From: an uncultured Gammaproteobacteria bacterium | GTDB taxonomy: Bacteria; Patescibacteriota; Patescibacteriia; 2-12-FULL-60-25 | Assembly (NCBI GenBank): GCA_964545235.1 | Contig: CAZJEZ010000003.1 | Coordinates: forward strand, 1-29,568 | DNA: 29,568 bases | Direction of reading: 5' to 3' | Shown here: piece by piece, positions 18,182-28,060 of the stretch | How the letters are laid out: every line of letters begins with the position of its first letter | Position numbering within the stretch: the stretch's first letter is position 1 | Position numbers and translations under genes: made by a program | Notes under the pieces: generated by a model | Database searches by the model: none | Told to the model about the DNA's origin: nothing | Seen by the model: only the letters and a program-made list of their open reading frames with translations

Positions 18182-19576
18182 CTATGTCCGAGAAAGCGTA
18201 TATCCACCTTCCTTTTCATCTTGAATATCCCAACCAAGCGCGCGAAGTTGAACACGAAGAGCATCACTCGCCTCCCAACGCTTTTCACGACGAGCGGTAT
18301 CACGAGCTTCCGCTAATGCAAGAACTTCTGGTGGCGGAGTAATAGCACGCTCTACCTGAGCCCGCTCCATCACCTCCCGGAACCCAAGTCCCAACACAGC
18401 ATCCATAGCAAGCAACGTCGCCCCCTGCACCGATAGATCTTCCTCGCTCTTCACTAAATCCCACACAACAGCTAACGCCTGTGGAAGGTTAAGATCATCC
18501 TCCAAAGCATGAGTGAATCGCTCCATGTAGACCGTAGATACTTCTCCCCCAGGAGTCATTCGTCGAGCGGCTCCGTACAGCTTTTGGAGAGCCTGCGAGG
18601 CAGCCTCCATTCCATCCCACGTAAAATTGAGCTTAGAACGATAGTGCGCACCAAGGGTATAGTAGCGATACACCACAGGCTCGTATCCACGTGCAAGAAG
18701 ATCCTCCATCGTGTATGCATTCCCAAGCGATTTCCCCATGCGACCACCATCGATCAACAAGAATTCTCCATGCATCCAGTACCGCGCAAGAGGTACGCCA
18801 TGCGCCGCTTCACTTTGAGCGATCTCGTTTTCATGATGAACAGGGATAAGATCGATCCCACCCGTATGAATATCAAACGGCTGTCCAAGATACTTCGTAG
18901 ACATGGCAGAGCATTCAATATGCCACCCAGGGAATCCAACCCCCCACGGACTCTCCCATTCCATATCGCGCTTCGGACCCGTTGTAGGACTAAACTTCCA
19001 CAAGGCAAAGTCGGAGGCGTTTCGCTTCTCAGGATTCACAGCAACACGAGCGCCCTCTGCTTTATCGGCGAGATTTTGTCCGGATAGTGAACCATATGAA
19101 GGAAACCGACTCGTATCAAAATAAATGCCATCACTCGTTCGATAAGTGCATCCCTTTTGTTCCAAATCTTGAACTAACGTAATTTGTTCTTCGATATGTT
19201 CCGTGGCTCGAGGGAGTCGATCTGGCGCGTGAATATGGAATTGGTCCATGGCCGCCACAAACTCCGCTTCCAGCCGTCTCGCCAATTCCCAAGAGGTCAT
19301 CCCCCGCTTCGTAGCCTCGTTCGCCACCTTATCCATCCCCTCATCTCCATCACCAACAAGATGCCCAACATCCGTGATATTCATGACCCAGGTCACCTCG
19401 TATCCAAACAGGCGCAACGCACGCGCCAAGAGATCATCAAAGATGAACGTTCGCCAATTCCCAATGGTAAGGGGGTTATACACCGTTGGTCCACAGCTAT
19501 ACACGCTCACCATTGATGAGCGCTGAGGCACAAACTCCTCTACTGTTCTTGTTCTTGTATTCCAAAGAGTAAACAT
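18182..19576 (-). CDS. cysS: Cysteine--tRNA ligase
   Basis: YSCGPTVY, MNITDVGH, DFALWK, WESPWGVGFPGWHIECSAMS, HHENEIAQS, DDLNLPQALA, ASDALR. Confidence 0.97.
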   Translation of the reverse strand: MFTLWNTRTRTVEEFVPQRSSMVSVYSCGPTVYNPLTIGNWRTFIFDDLLARALRLFGYEVTWVMNITDVGHLVGDGDEGMDKVANEATKRGMTSWELARRLEAEFVAAMDQFHIHAPDRLPRATEHIEEQITLVQDLEQKGCTYRTSDGIYFDTSRFPSYGSLSGQNLADKAEGARVAVNPEKRNASDFALWKFSPTTGPKRDMEWESPWGVGFPGWHIECSAMSTKYLGQPFDIHTGGIDLIPVHHENEIAQSEAAHGVPLARYWMHGEFLLIDGGRMGKSLGNAYTMEDLLARGYEPVVYRYYTLGAHYRSKLNFTWDGMEAASQALQKLYGAARRMTPGGEVSTVYMERFTHALEDDLNLPQALAVVWDLVKSEEDLSVQGATLLAMDAVLGLGFREVMERAQVERAITPPPEVLALAEARDTARREKRWEASDALRVQLRALGWDIQDEKEGGYTLSRT

Positions 19577-19612
19577 AAAGGGAGAGTATCCTTTCGACCC
19601 TATTCAGGCAAC

Positions 19613-20023
19613 CTATAGAATCCTCGCACTCTCCGCCTCCAGGTCTTTTATTTCTTGATCAATCAGTTCAATTTCACGATCATTACGCTCGATATGTTGC
19701 CACTCCACCTCTTCTTCAGTACCAAAAAGTGGCGCGACGTAGGACGATTCCGCGTCTTCAATAGTTTCTCGCAAATCATAAAGCGGACTTGTTGGACTGA
19801 TGGATCGTGACTGATAGGCGTATGCCCCCGTTGAAATAAGAACGATCGCTAAAAAACCGCTTCCAGCAAATGCCAGACGGAAGGGGTGAAAAAACGTGTG
19901 ACGAATCCCCTTATCCTGCGTGACAGCTCGTGACGCAAATCGCTCATGAAGACGTATCCGAAACGACGTATCCGGTTTGGCACGTTTCGCAAGGGAACGA
20001 AGGGCAAAGTAAGAACGTAACAT
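19613..20023 (-). CDS. Short single-pass membrane protein, DUF5667-like putative anti-sigma partner
   Basis: Basic N-terminus (KPDTSFRIRLHERF), TM helix LAFAGSGFLAIVLISTGAYAY, then SISPTSPLYDLRETIE. Starts 1 nt after the sigma gene stop. Confidence 0.65.
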   Translation of the reverse strand: MLRSYFALRSLAKRAKPDTSFRIRLHERFASRAVTQDKGIRHTFFHPFRLAFAGSGFLAIVLISTGAYAYQSRSISPTSPLYDLRETIEDAESSYVAPLFGTEEEVEWQHIERNDREIELIDQEIKDLEAESARIL

Positions 20024-20024
20024 A

Positions 20025-20546
20025 TTACAGAGATAAATGATCACGACGATGCTTTTCAAGGAGGCCACTCAATTTACGAAGCGTACGAACGCACTGCACA
20101 CGCAAAGACCCCGAGGACTTCTGAAAATGTACCGCGAGATCATCAAATGACCATCCCTCGAGATACTTCTTCTGGATAAGCTCCGCTTGTTCTGAAGGAA
20201 GGGTATTCAGCGCGTCAAGCAACTTTCCCTCTTCGAACGACCGCGCGAGCTGATCACGTGCGTCCTTCGAAAAGCGAACATTATCAGCAACATCTTCCAC
20301 ATCGAGCGTTTCTCGCTGGCGAGAAAAGTATGTCGCGAGATGATTACGGGCGATCGTATAAATCCAGGCAAATTCACTCACCGCCGGATCGTATCGATCA
20401 TAGGCCTCAAAAGCCTTCAGAAATACCTCTTGAACCAAATCTTCTGCTATCTCTTTTCTTCCTCCAACTCGAAAGAAGACAAACGCATAAATGCGTGTCA
20501 GATGCGCCTCATAAAAGGCAACGAACGTTGGTTTCGGACGATTCAT
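20025..20546 (-). CDS. ECF-family sigma factor (second copy)
   Basis: IYAFVFFRVGG, AEDLVQEVFLKAF, WIYTIARNHL, LNTLPSEQAELIQKKYLEGWSFDDLA. Confidence 0.92.
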   Translation of the reverse strand: MNRPKPTFVAFYEAHLTRIYAFVFFRVGGRKEIAEDLVQEVFLKAFEAYDRYDPAVSEFAWIYTIARNHLATYFSRQRETLDVEDVADNVRFSKDARDQLARSFEEGKLLDALNTLPSEQAELIQKKYLEGWSFDDLAVHFQKSSGSLRVQCVRTLRKLSGLLEKHRRDHLSL

Positions 20547-20554
20547 CTGACGTA

Positions 20555-20586
20555 GGATTATACGAATACAAGCGGAAAATGTTACT
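20555..20586 (-). promoter_or_regulatory. Overlapping putative ECF-type promoter (AGTAAC-N16-CGTATA) and sigma-70 -10 box (TATAAT) upstream of sigma gene 2
   Basis: Minus strand: AGTAAC attttccgcttgtatt CGTATAATcctacgtcag ATG. Confidence 0.45.
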
Positions 20587-21136
20587 CATCGTCAACCGAA
20601 TACTCGCCATGGTCTCGATGAAATGGTGTTTTTCCAAGGACACCGTAAAGGATGAGTGGTAAAAGTGTCCAGATAACATGCATCCAAGGAAAGGCAAAGG
20701 CGGGCTCTAATTGAGAAGGAAACGTTGCCCGAATAGCCGGCGGGAGCAAGTATAACGTTACCGTACAAGCGAACCCGACTTGAGCCAATCCAGAGAGAAT
20801 ACTCTCCCACCAAGAACCACGACCAAACCATAACGACTCTCCAAAGGGGCTACGCCAAACACATACAACCGTCAGGCAAAACAGAGCCAAGAATAATCCA
20901 ACGGCATAAAACGGCTTTCCCTGTAATCCAACAAGAGGCGCGAGATCGTGGAGCGCCGGAAGCGTCACAACCGCTGCAAGCGCGGGATACTGCAGTAAAA
21001 GAAAAAACAACGCGCGGTCTCGGCCCATGAGCAACCCATAAAACACTCCCACAAACATCAAAAAAACAAGCAAGCCCACTTGCCCAGCAAGAAGCTGTTG
21101 CGCCATCGGAAGCCAAGAAAAGGACGGGGTGACCAT
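20582..21136 (-). CDS. Hypothetical membrane protein (about 5 TM)
   Basis: Hydrophobic throughout. TATACT lies 7 nt upstream of the MVTP start. Confidence 0.75.
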   Translation of the reverse strand: MVTPSFSWLPMAQQLLAGQVGLLVFLMFVGVFYGLLMGRDRALFFLLLQYPALAAVVTLPALHDLAPLVGLQGKPFYAVGLFLALFCLTVVCVWRSPFGESLWFGRGSWWESILSGLAQVGFACTVTLYLLPPAIRATFPSQLEPAFAFPWMHVIWTLLPLILYGVLGKTPFHRDHGEYSVDDE

Positions 21137-21160
21137 CCGCAAAAGTATACCGCGTTCTGA

Positions 21161-22273
21161 CTACAACCCCAACTTTTTGAGCGACTCTATCTGGTCACGT
21201 TGCTCGCGTGTAAGTTTTTTCGGTGTTTCCACATGAAGCGTTACACGATGCGCCCCGCGCGTCGAAGAACGATGATGAGCGATTCCTTTGCCACGAATCG
21301 TCACAACCGTACCGATAGGCGTCCCAGCATCAATATGAATATCTTGAGAACCATCAAGTGTTTCCACGGCAATCGTTCCACCAAGAGCGAGCGTTGAAAA
21401 CGGAACGGTAACCGTTGACAAAACATCTTGCTGATCACGCGAAAAGACCTTGTCTTTTTCAACATGAATTTCAATATACAAGTCACCCGATCCTCCGTGC
21501 GGAGCACGTTCACCCTGACCGGACACCTTCAAAGTCTCCCCTTCTGCGATACCAGAGGGAATGGGAATCGTAAGCGTCTCTTGCTTCCGTTCAACACCCT
21601 GACCCCGACACGTGCCGCACGGTTTTTCAGGAATTGTACCGATCCCATGACAGGCGGAACAGGTAACCATTGTCTGCATAACGCCAAACACCGTTCGACG
21701 AGCCTCACGCGCCTGGCCGGACCCTTTACACGTTGAACACGACGTCCGCTTGGTGCCTGGCTCGGCGCCCTCACCTTTGCAATGCGAACACGCGACATGG
21801 TGATACACCTGCACCGGTTTAGAAACGCCAAACGCCGCCTCACGAAACGTCAAATATACGTCTACTTGAATATCCTCTCCGCGAGGTTTTCCTCCTCCAC
21901 GCCCACCGCGTGCCCCGCCCATGCCAAACATTTGGCCGAGCACGTCACCAAGATCGCCAAACTCGCTTGGATCAAATCCGCCATTGAAATCAAACCCTTG
22001 AAATCCACCGCTTCCAAACCCGCCACCACCAAACCCACCAGGCCCAGGACCGGCACCATTTCCATCAAACGCAGCGCTCCCGAACTGATCATAGGTCGCT
22101 CGTTTCTTCGCGTCACCTAACACCTGGTACGCTTCGTTAATATCTTTGAATCGTTTCGCATCACCGCCCTTATCCGGATGATGTTCATGCGCAAGACGAC
22201 GAAACGCCTTTTTAATGTCGTCCGCAGTCGCCGTCTTTGAAACGCCAAGGATGGCGTAGAAATCTTTAGACAT
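21161..22273 (-). CDS. dnaJ: Molecular chaperone DnaJ
   Basis: KDFYAILGV J-domain with HPD, a G/F-rich region and four CxxCxGxG repeats. Start at MSKDFY. Confidence 0.98.
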   Translation of the reverse strand: MSKDFYAILGVSKTATADDIKKAFRRLAHEHHPDKGGDAKRFKDINEAYQVLGDAKKRATYDQFGSAAFDGNGAGPGPGGFGGGGFGSGGFQGFDFNGGFDPSEFGDLGDVLGQMFGMGGARGGRGGGKPRGEDIQVDVYLTFREAAFGVSKPVQVYHHVACSHCKGEGAEPGTKRTSCSTCKGSGQAREARRTVFGVMQTMVTCSACHGIGTIPEKPCGTCRGQGVERKQETLTIPIPSGIAEGETLKVSGQGERAPHGGSGDLYIEIHVEKDKVFSRDQQDVLSTVTVPFSTLALGGTIAVETLDGSQDIHIDAGTPIGTVVTIRGKGIAHHRSSTRGAHRVTLHVETPKKLTREQRDQIESLKKLGL

Positions 22274-22925
22274 GAGGATAGAAGAGAGAGAACAGAGCTT
22301 GTGGATCAAACACTTCAAGCGAAGGAAGAATATGCGTCGCTCCAGCGACATCATCGGCTAATCCAGCACCAATCACACCCAACACAGGAACATTTGCTCC
22401 ACGAGCACTCGTTATACCGGGCGCCGAATCTTCTACGGCAATATAACGATGATCCGCGTACTGTTGAGCAAGTTTCCGATACAGATCTGGCGCCGGCTTC
22501 GGTTGGGCGACATCTTCTTTCGTAAGAATAGTCTCAAAGAAGGCACCAAGTTCAAGCTTCGAAAGCATCTGGTTGATGTATGGACGATCCCCATTCGATA
22601 CCAGAGCGAGCGCGATTCCCGCGAGACGAGCCCGTTCAAGCGCTTCGCGTGCACCGGGCATAAGCGGGAGACCTTCCGTATCAGCCAACACGTAGAACCG
22701 CCGTTCGGCCTGCGCACATACGGCTTGAGGCGCGAGCGGCGACTCGTACATCTGAACAAGATGCTTCGCTCGTTCTTCATACGTCTTACCCGTCATCTGG
22801 GCAAACACCTCACGAGGAAGCCTGGCGCTCGTCGCTTCATACCAGACCTCCTCCCAGACACGGCGACTCAACCGCTCGCTATCAACAAGTGTTCCGTCAA
22901 AATCGAAGAAAAAGGCGTGCTTCAT
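22266..22925 (-). CDS. HAD-superfamily phosphatase (beta-phosphoglucomutase/CbbY-like)
   Basis: FFDFDGTLVDSE (DxD), ALVSNG, KPAPD, AVEDSAPGI. Confidence 0.92.
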   Translation of the reverse strand: MKHAFFFDFDGTLVDSERLSRRVWEEVWYEATSARLPREVFAQMTGKTYEERAKHLVQMYESPLAPQAVCAQAERRFYVLADTEGLPLMPGAREALERARLAGIALALVSNGDRPYINQMLSKLELGAFFETILTKEDVAQPKPAPDLYRKLAQQYADHRYIAVEDSAPGITSARGANVPVLGVIGAGLADDVAGATHILPSLEVFDPQALFSLFYPHV

Positions 22926-23206
22926 GTGGTTCGTGGGATTCCTCCTGGCGGAAGAAGCTTCGGTTCCCCTGCTTCGTGCAGCGGACCAAATTCACGCTCA
23001 TATCCTTCAAACTGTTCTTGCAGCACACGAATCACACGCTTCAAATGCGCCGGACTCACAACAAGTCGCGACACCAGCTCCCCGCGAGGTTCAAAGGCGC
23101 TGATAAAATCCAACACAAACTCTTCCGCGGTATGCGTCACATGGACCATGTTTGCGTAGGAGGCTCGCAAGGAACCTTCGGGAGCATTGATATTGAGCGT
23201 GGACAT
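22922..23206 (-). CDS. DUF3467-type small protein
   Basis: YANMVHVTHTAEEFVLDF...LVSRLVVSPAHLKR pattern, 94 aa. Confidence 0.8.
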   Translation of the reverse strand: MSTLNINAPEGSLRASYANMVHVTHTAEEFVLDFISAFEPRGELVSRLVVSPAHLKRVIRVLQEQFEGYEREFGPLHEAGEPKLLPPGGIPRTT

Positions 23207-23209
23207 ACC

Positions 23210-25129
23210 CTATTCCGTCTTTGGCGGCTCTTCTGGCTTCACTTCTTCTGCATTCTGTTGAGTACCCGTAGCCCCCGCATCACCCGCTGGACCAGCTTCG
23301 GCCTCTGGACGATCCTGGTAGAGCGACCCCCCAACTTTCTGACCGGCTGTTGCGAGTTCATCCGCCGCCTTCTTGATAGCTTCCAAGTCTTCCCCATCTT
23401 TGACCGCTTTCAACGCATCGATTTTTTCTTGCACAAGCTTCTTGTCATCTTCGGAAATCTTGGCCTCATGCTCTTTCATCATTTTTTCCGTCGTGTAGAG
23501 CATGGTTTCCGCCATATTCTTTACTTCAACCGCTTCGCGACGCTTCTTGTCTTCGCCAGCATGGGCTTCAGCCTCCTTGCGCATGCGCTCAACCTCATCC
23601 TTCGACAGGTTGGTGGAGGCCGTGATCGTGATCTGCTGTTCTTTTCCGGATGCCTTGTCCTTAGCCTTAACACTCAAGAGACCATTTGCATCGATATCAA
23701 ACGTCACTTCAATCTGTGGGACGCCGCGTGGCGCAGAAGGGATGCCAGACAACGTAAACGTTCCGAGCGAACGATTATCAGCCGCCATATCGCGCTCCCC
23801 TTGTAAGACATGAACTTCCACAGATGTCTGACCATCGGCCGCCGTTGAAAACACCTGCGATTTCGAAGTCGGGATCGTTGTATTGCGATCGATGACTTTT
23901 GTCATAATACTTCCCATGGTTTCAATACCGAGCGACAACGGCGTCACATCCAACAAAAGCAATTCACCCTTGATGTCGCCCTGCAAGTTTCCCGCCTGAA
24001 TTGCGGCACCAACGGCGACCACCTCATCTGGGTTCACGCTCGCGTTTGGCTTCTTGCCAAAGAACTTTTCAACCGTAGCAATGACGAGCGGCATGCGCGT
24101 CATCCCACCAACCAAAATCACTTCCTGAATATCGTTGACCGTAAGACCGGCATCCGCGAGAGCCTTCTTGCATGGCTCCATAGACTTCTCGACGAGATCT
24201 CCGACAAGCTGCTCAAGTTTCGCGCGTGAGAGCTTGATCTGCATGTGTTTTGGGCCATTTACATCGCTCGTGATAAAGGGCTGATTCACTTCTGTTTCCA
24301 TAGCGCTGGAAAGCTCGATTTTCGCCTTTTCAGCTGCATCTTTAATACGCTGAAGCGCGAGCGTGTCTTTGCTCAAATCAACACCTTCCGACTTCTTGAA
24401 CTCATCCACCAACCACGCGATAATGCGTTGATCAAAGTCGTCTCCACCAAGATGCGTGTCACCATTTGTAGCACGAACCTCGATCGTGTTCTGTGAGGTA
24501 GCCGCATCGTACGCGACTTCAAGAACAGACACGTCGAACGTTCCGCCGCCCAAATCGTAGACGACGATCTTCTCATCCTTTTTGCGATCAAATCCGTACG
24601 CAAGCGCCGCCGCCGTTGGTTCGTTAATGATACGAGCAACCTTTAATCCAGCGATTTCACCGGCAATTTTTGTCGCCTGACGCTGTGAGTCATCGAAATA
24701 GGCGGGCACCGTGATAACGGCTTCCGTGATCTTTTCACCCGTCCGAGCTTCGGCGTCTGCCTTGAGTTTTTGCAACACCATGGCAGCGATTTCTTCTGGA
24801 GCATAGTCCTTCCCACCCATTACGACGCGCACACCTTCACCCGCCTGCTTCACGGCAAACGGAAACCATTTCACATCGCGCTGAACTTCCGCATCATTCC
24901 AATGACGTCCAATTAACCGCTTCACAGAAAAGAGGGTGTTCTCTGGATTCACAACGGCCTGACGCTTAGCGATCTGCCCAGCGACACGTTCGTTTGTTTT
25001 TGTGGTTGCCACGATGGAAGGCGTTGTACGAGCGCCTTCGCTATTTTCAAGCACCTTTGGCTGACCGCCTTCGACGATCGCCATGCAGGAATTAGTCGTT
25101 CCAAGATCGATACCAAGAATTTTTGCCAT
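23210..25129 (-). CDS. dnaK: Molecular chaperone DnaK
   Basis: [76 protein letters not shown]. Confidence 0.99.
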   Translation of the reverse strand: MAKILGIDLGTTNSCMAIVEGGQPKVLENSEGARTTPSIVATTKTNERVAGQIAKRQAVVNPENTLFSVKRLIGRHWNDAEVQRDVKWFPFAVKQAGEGVRVVMGGKDYAPEEIAAMVLQKLKADAEARTGEKITEAVITVPAYFDDSQRQATKIAGEIAGLKVARIINEPTAAALAYGFDRKKDEKIVVYDLGGGTFDVSVLEVAYDAATSQNTIEVRATNGDTHLGGDDFDQRIIAWLVDEFKKSEGVDLSKDTLALQRIKDAAEKAKIELSSAMETEVNQPFITSDVNGPKHMQIKLSRAKLEQLVGDLVEKSMEPCKKALADAGLTVNDIQEVILVGGMTRMPLVIATVEKFFGKKPNASVNPDEVVAVGAAIQAGNLQGDIKGELLLLDVTPLSLGIETMGSIMTKVIDRNTTIPTSKSQVFSTAADGQTSVEVHVLQGERDMAADNRSLGTFTLSGIPSAPRGVPQIEVTFDIDANGLLSVKAKDKASGKEQQITITASTNLSKDEVERMRKEAEAHAGEDKKRREAVEVKNMAETMLYTTEKMMKEHEAKISEDDKKLVQEKIDALKAVKDGEDLEAIKKAADELATAGQKVGGSLYQDRPEAEAGPAGDAGATGTQQNAEEVKPEEPPKTE

Positions 25130-25133
25130 AGAA

Positions 25134-25535
25134 TTACTGCTTATTTATATGAATTTGAATCGTTTTTTTCTTCTCATCCGTTTTTGGGAGCGTGATTTTG
25201 AGCACCCCTTCGTCATACTCAGCCTTCGCTTCCGACTCACTCACGGACGTTGGAAGAGCGATCTGACGAAACACGGTTCCATAGCGAACTTCCTTGCGAT
25301 AGTAGTTTTTATCATCCACTTCCGTTTTGCGTTCAACCGTTCCTTTGATCGAGAGAACGCCTCCGTCGATGGAGATTTCAACATTCTCTGGATCAATACC
25401 GGGAAGCGGTGTTTCGACCACAACCGCGATATCCGTTTCATACATATCGATTGGCGGGACAATGCCTCCACCCGTCATCATCTGGTCCATAGCGTCGAGC
25501 GAATCGAACATGGGTGACCATTTTATGAGAGACAT
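25134..25535 (-). CDS. Hsp20 / alpha-crystallin small heat shock protein
   Basis: [44 protein letters not shown]. Confidence 0.95.
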   Translation of the reverse strand: MSLIKWSPMFDSLDAMDQMMTGGGIVPPIDMYETDIAVVVETPLPGIDPENVEISIDGGVLSIKGTVERKTEVDDKNYYRKEVRYGTVFRQIALPTSVSESEAKAEYDEGVLKITLPKTDEKKKTIQIHINKQ

Positions 25536-25553
25536 AGAACAGGAAAGAATGAA

Positions 25554-26063
25554 TTAAACGTTCACTTTTGCAACAACGACACGCGCGTGACGTAAGACGC
25601 GACCATGTAGCTTCCATCCCGTCTGGATCGTGCGGACAATAGATCCTGGAGCAATCGATTCAGAAGGCTCTTCAGAGACGGCCTCGTGTACATGCGGATC
25701 AAAGACCCCGCTTGTCTCAATAGGCTCCAATCCTTCCGCAGAAGCCGTTTGCATCCACTGTGTCTGAATAGCAGCGAGTCCGATAACCCAATTCTTCCAT
25801 TTTGGTCGAAGATCTTCCGGAAGCTGTTCAACGTCTGGAAGAAACTGCATGGCGAGGGCAAATTGGTCGATCACAGGAAGAAGACGCTCCAGGAGGCGCT
25901 CGTTTGCACGAGACATGATTTCACTCCGTTCGCGCTCCATTTCTTTTTTCACATTTTGATAGTCCGCTTGTGCGCGCTTCCATCCAGCAAGGTATTCCTC
26001 GCACGAAGAACAGGTCGGTTGCTGTACAGGTTCTTGTTGTTCTGAAACGTGTTGTTCATCCAT
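25554..26063 (-). CDS. grpE: Nucleotide exchange factor GrpE
   Basis: GWKRAQADYQNVKK, LLPVIDQF, FDPHVHEAV, QTGWKLHGRVLRHARVVV. Start at MDEQ. Confidence 0.95.
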   Translation of the reverse strand: MDEQHVSEQQEPVQQPTCSSCEEYLAGWKRAQADYQNVKKEMERERSEIMSRANERLLERLLPVIDQFALAMQFLPDVEQLPEDLRPKWKNWVIGLAAIQTQWMQTASAEGLEPIETSGVFDPHVHEAVSEEPSESIAPGSIVRTIQTGWKLHGRVLRHARVVVAKVNV

Positions 26064-26733
26064 AGAGTTGTTTAAGCGTAGAAAGTGATGAGTAGGCAGT
26101 TTGATAATCCATGCGTTGCGGACCAAGAAGCGCAATCCATGTATCGTCGATCGTCAGCATAACCGTGGAGCACATGGCCCCAAACGGACACTCGCGTCCA
26201 ACAAGAATAACCGGCTCCGAATACGACGTTGATCGGACACGAACAAGGGCGTCATCCAATCGATCAAGCACTTCGGATAACGAGACCACGTGCTTCCAAT
26301 TTTGAAACTCCGGTTGTGAGAATAACTGAGACAGTCCCGTGTAGAACGTTTCGTGACGAGCGAGTCCAACGAGAGCGGCAAGCGACGCCTGTTCGGCAAG
26401 AGCTTTTGCAGCGACCTTCCAACGCGTATCCCGCGTCACCGAACTCCCAATCGCCTGTTCCAGGAGGGCATGTTGTCGTTTCGAAAGTGGCTTGGGCGTC
26501 ACACACGTTTGTGCATAGTGGCGAAACCCCTCTTCCGTAGGAACTCGGCCTCCAGACGTATGTGGCTGCATGAGGTATCCCGCTTCTTCAAGATCCGCGA
26601 ACCAGTTGCGAATGGTAGCGGGACTCATATCGAGCTTGTACCGCTCAACCAAATACTGAGAACCTATCGGATTCCCGGTTGAAATATAATCCTCAACAGC
26701 GAGACGAAAGACAGTGTGTAAACGCGTATCCAT
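26056..26733 (-). CDS. hrcA: Heat-inducible transcription repressor HrcA (short form, 225 aa)
   Basis: VEDYISTGNPIGSQYL, SPATIRNWFADLEEAGYLMQPHTSGGRVPT, C-terminal LLGPQRMDY. A CIRCE lies upstream. Confidence 0.93.
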   Translation of the reverse strand: MDTRLHTVFRLAVEDYISTGNPIGSQYLVERYKLDMSPATIRNWFADLEEAGYLMQPHTSGGRVPTEEGFRHYAQTCVTPKPLSKRQHALLEQAIGSSVTRDTRWKVAAKALAEQASLAALVGLARHETFYTGLSQLFSQPEFQNWKHVVSLSEVLDRLDDALVRVRSTSYSEPVILVGRECPFGAMCSTVMLTIDDTWIALLGPQRMDYQTAYSSLSTLKQLYG

Positions 26734-26755
26734 AGGAGAGCTCTCGATGCCTATA

Positions 26756-26782
26756 CTAGCACTCTATACATGAGAGTGCTAA
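26756..26782. promoter_or_regulatory. CIRCE operator upstream of hrcA
   Basis: Minus strand: TTAGCACTC-tcatgtata-GAGTGCTAG, one mismatch to the consensus. Confidence 0.93.
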
Positions 26783-26783
26783 T

Positions 26784-26811
26784 AGGATACCACGGGGAAC
26801 CAGAGCGTCAA
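26784..26811 (-). promoter_or_regulatory. hrcA-dnaK operon promoter TTGACG-N16-TATCCT with extended -10 TG
   Basis: Minus strand: TTGACG ctctggttccccgtgg TATCCT, 1 nt before the CIRCE. Confidence 0.65.
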
Positions 26812-26823
26812 GACAGGCCGCCT

Positions 26824-28059
26824 CTACTCGTACCGCAACGCTTCAATTGGATGAAGTCGTGCCGCTTTTCGTGCAGGAAAGTACCCAAATACGATTCCAA
26901 TAGCCACCGAAACGCCAAACGCAATACCGATACCGTTCCACGGCATAGCAAACGTCCATCCGGACTGAAACTGATTGATAATGAAAATAGCGAGCCATGA
27001 AAGGGCCGTTCCAAGCACCGAACCAATACAACCGGCTACAACCGTCAGCATAATTGCTTCCGCCAAAAATTGCCCGAGCACATCTCTTGGGTGAGCTCCA
27101 ATCGCTTTTCGCAACCCAATCTCACGCGTACGTTCGGTGACGGTGACATACATAATATTCATGATCCCGATCCCAGCCACGGCCAGCGAAATACTCGCGA
27201 TCGACCCCAATAAAATAGCCAACACCGACCCAATCGTATCTGCATTTTTCGCCACATCTTCTTGGCTCGCGACCCGAAAATCGTCTTTCGCAAGAATCCC
27301 GTTTGGATTGTCGAGATTGTGAGTTTCCCGAAGCACCACACGCACACGTTCTTTCGCTTCACGCGGAGGGGTGGCCCCGGACTTGGCAGAAATAAAATTC
27401 AAACGATCTTTGTTATACAAGCGAAACGCCGTGGTGTACGGAATATACACCTGGTTATCCATGTTGTTAAAAAAGCGCGTTCCCGCTGGCGCCACAACGC
27501 CAATCACGTGAAACGTCTCTCGCCCAACCTTAACCGATTTTCCAAGCGCCACCTCCTCACCAAACAGCTTCTTCGCCACATCCAACCCAAGCACAACAAC
27601 ACGGCGCGCCGCATCAATGTCATCATCAAGCAAAAATCGTCCACGCGACATCTCTAAATTATACATGCGCGTTTCTTCGGGCGTGGTCCCAACAACCATA
27701 GTCCGTTTTTCTTCCCCGTTCGCACTCACGACATCTGAGTTCTGAACAACCGTACTCACCGTAGAAAGCCACGTCTGTTCTTTGAGTTTTTTATAATCAC
27801 GTTCCGTAAGCGTAAGCTTCACCTCGTTACTCGGAGGACCGCCGCGCGCATCATCGCCCTGGCCATTCGCGATGAACACCATATCGCTCCCAAACGAAGC
27901 AAGCTGCCCAAGAAGATACCGTTGCGCTGCCTCCCCCGTTGCAATCATCAAAATAACAGAAAGAATTCCGATAATGATACCGAGCATGGTAAGCATCGAA
28001 CGCCCACGATTCATCGTAAGAGCACGCAACGAAAGCGGAAGAAGATCACGGAGTTTCAT
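26824..28059 (-). CDS. ABC transporter permease, MacB/FtsX family (copy 2)
   Basis: RSMLTMLGIIIGI, a periplasmic-type core domain, GIGIMNIMYVTVTERTREIGLRKAIGA, FPARKAARLHPIEALRYE. Confidence 0.95.
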   Translation of the reverse strand: MKLRDLLPLSLRALTMNRGRSMLTMLGIIIGILSVILMIATGEAAQRYLLGQLASFGSDMVFIANGQGDDARGGPPSNEVKLTLTERDYKKLKEQTWLSTVSTVVQNSDVVSANGEEKRTMVVGTTPEETRMYNLEMSRGRFLLDDDIDAARRVVVLGLDVAKKLFGEEVALGKSVKVGRETFHVIGVVAPAGTRFFNNMDNQVYIPYTTAFRLYNKDRLNFISAKSGATPPREAKERVRVVLRETHNLDNPNGILAKDDFRVASQEDVAKNADTIGSVLAILLGSIASISLAVAGIGIMNIMYVTVTERTREIGLRKAIGAHPRDVLGQFLAEAIMLTVVAGCIGSVLGTALSWLAIFIINQFQSGWTFAMPWNGIGIAFGVSVAIGIVFGYFPARKAARLHPIEALRYE

Positions 28060-28060
28060 A

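Noticed and set aside
22449-23813. Long plus-strand ORFs antisense to HAD, DUF3467 and dnaK (236, 305 and 103 aa)
   Set aside because: Antisense ORFs opposite dnaK are a well-known artefact, and I found no independent coding evidence.
26736-26745. Perfect palindrome GAGAGCTCTC just before the hrcA start
   Set aside because: A single 10-bp palindrome with no loop and no second copy near groES; this is expected by chance.
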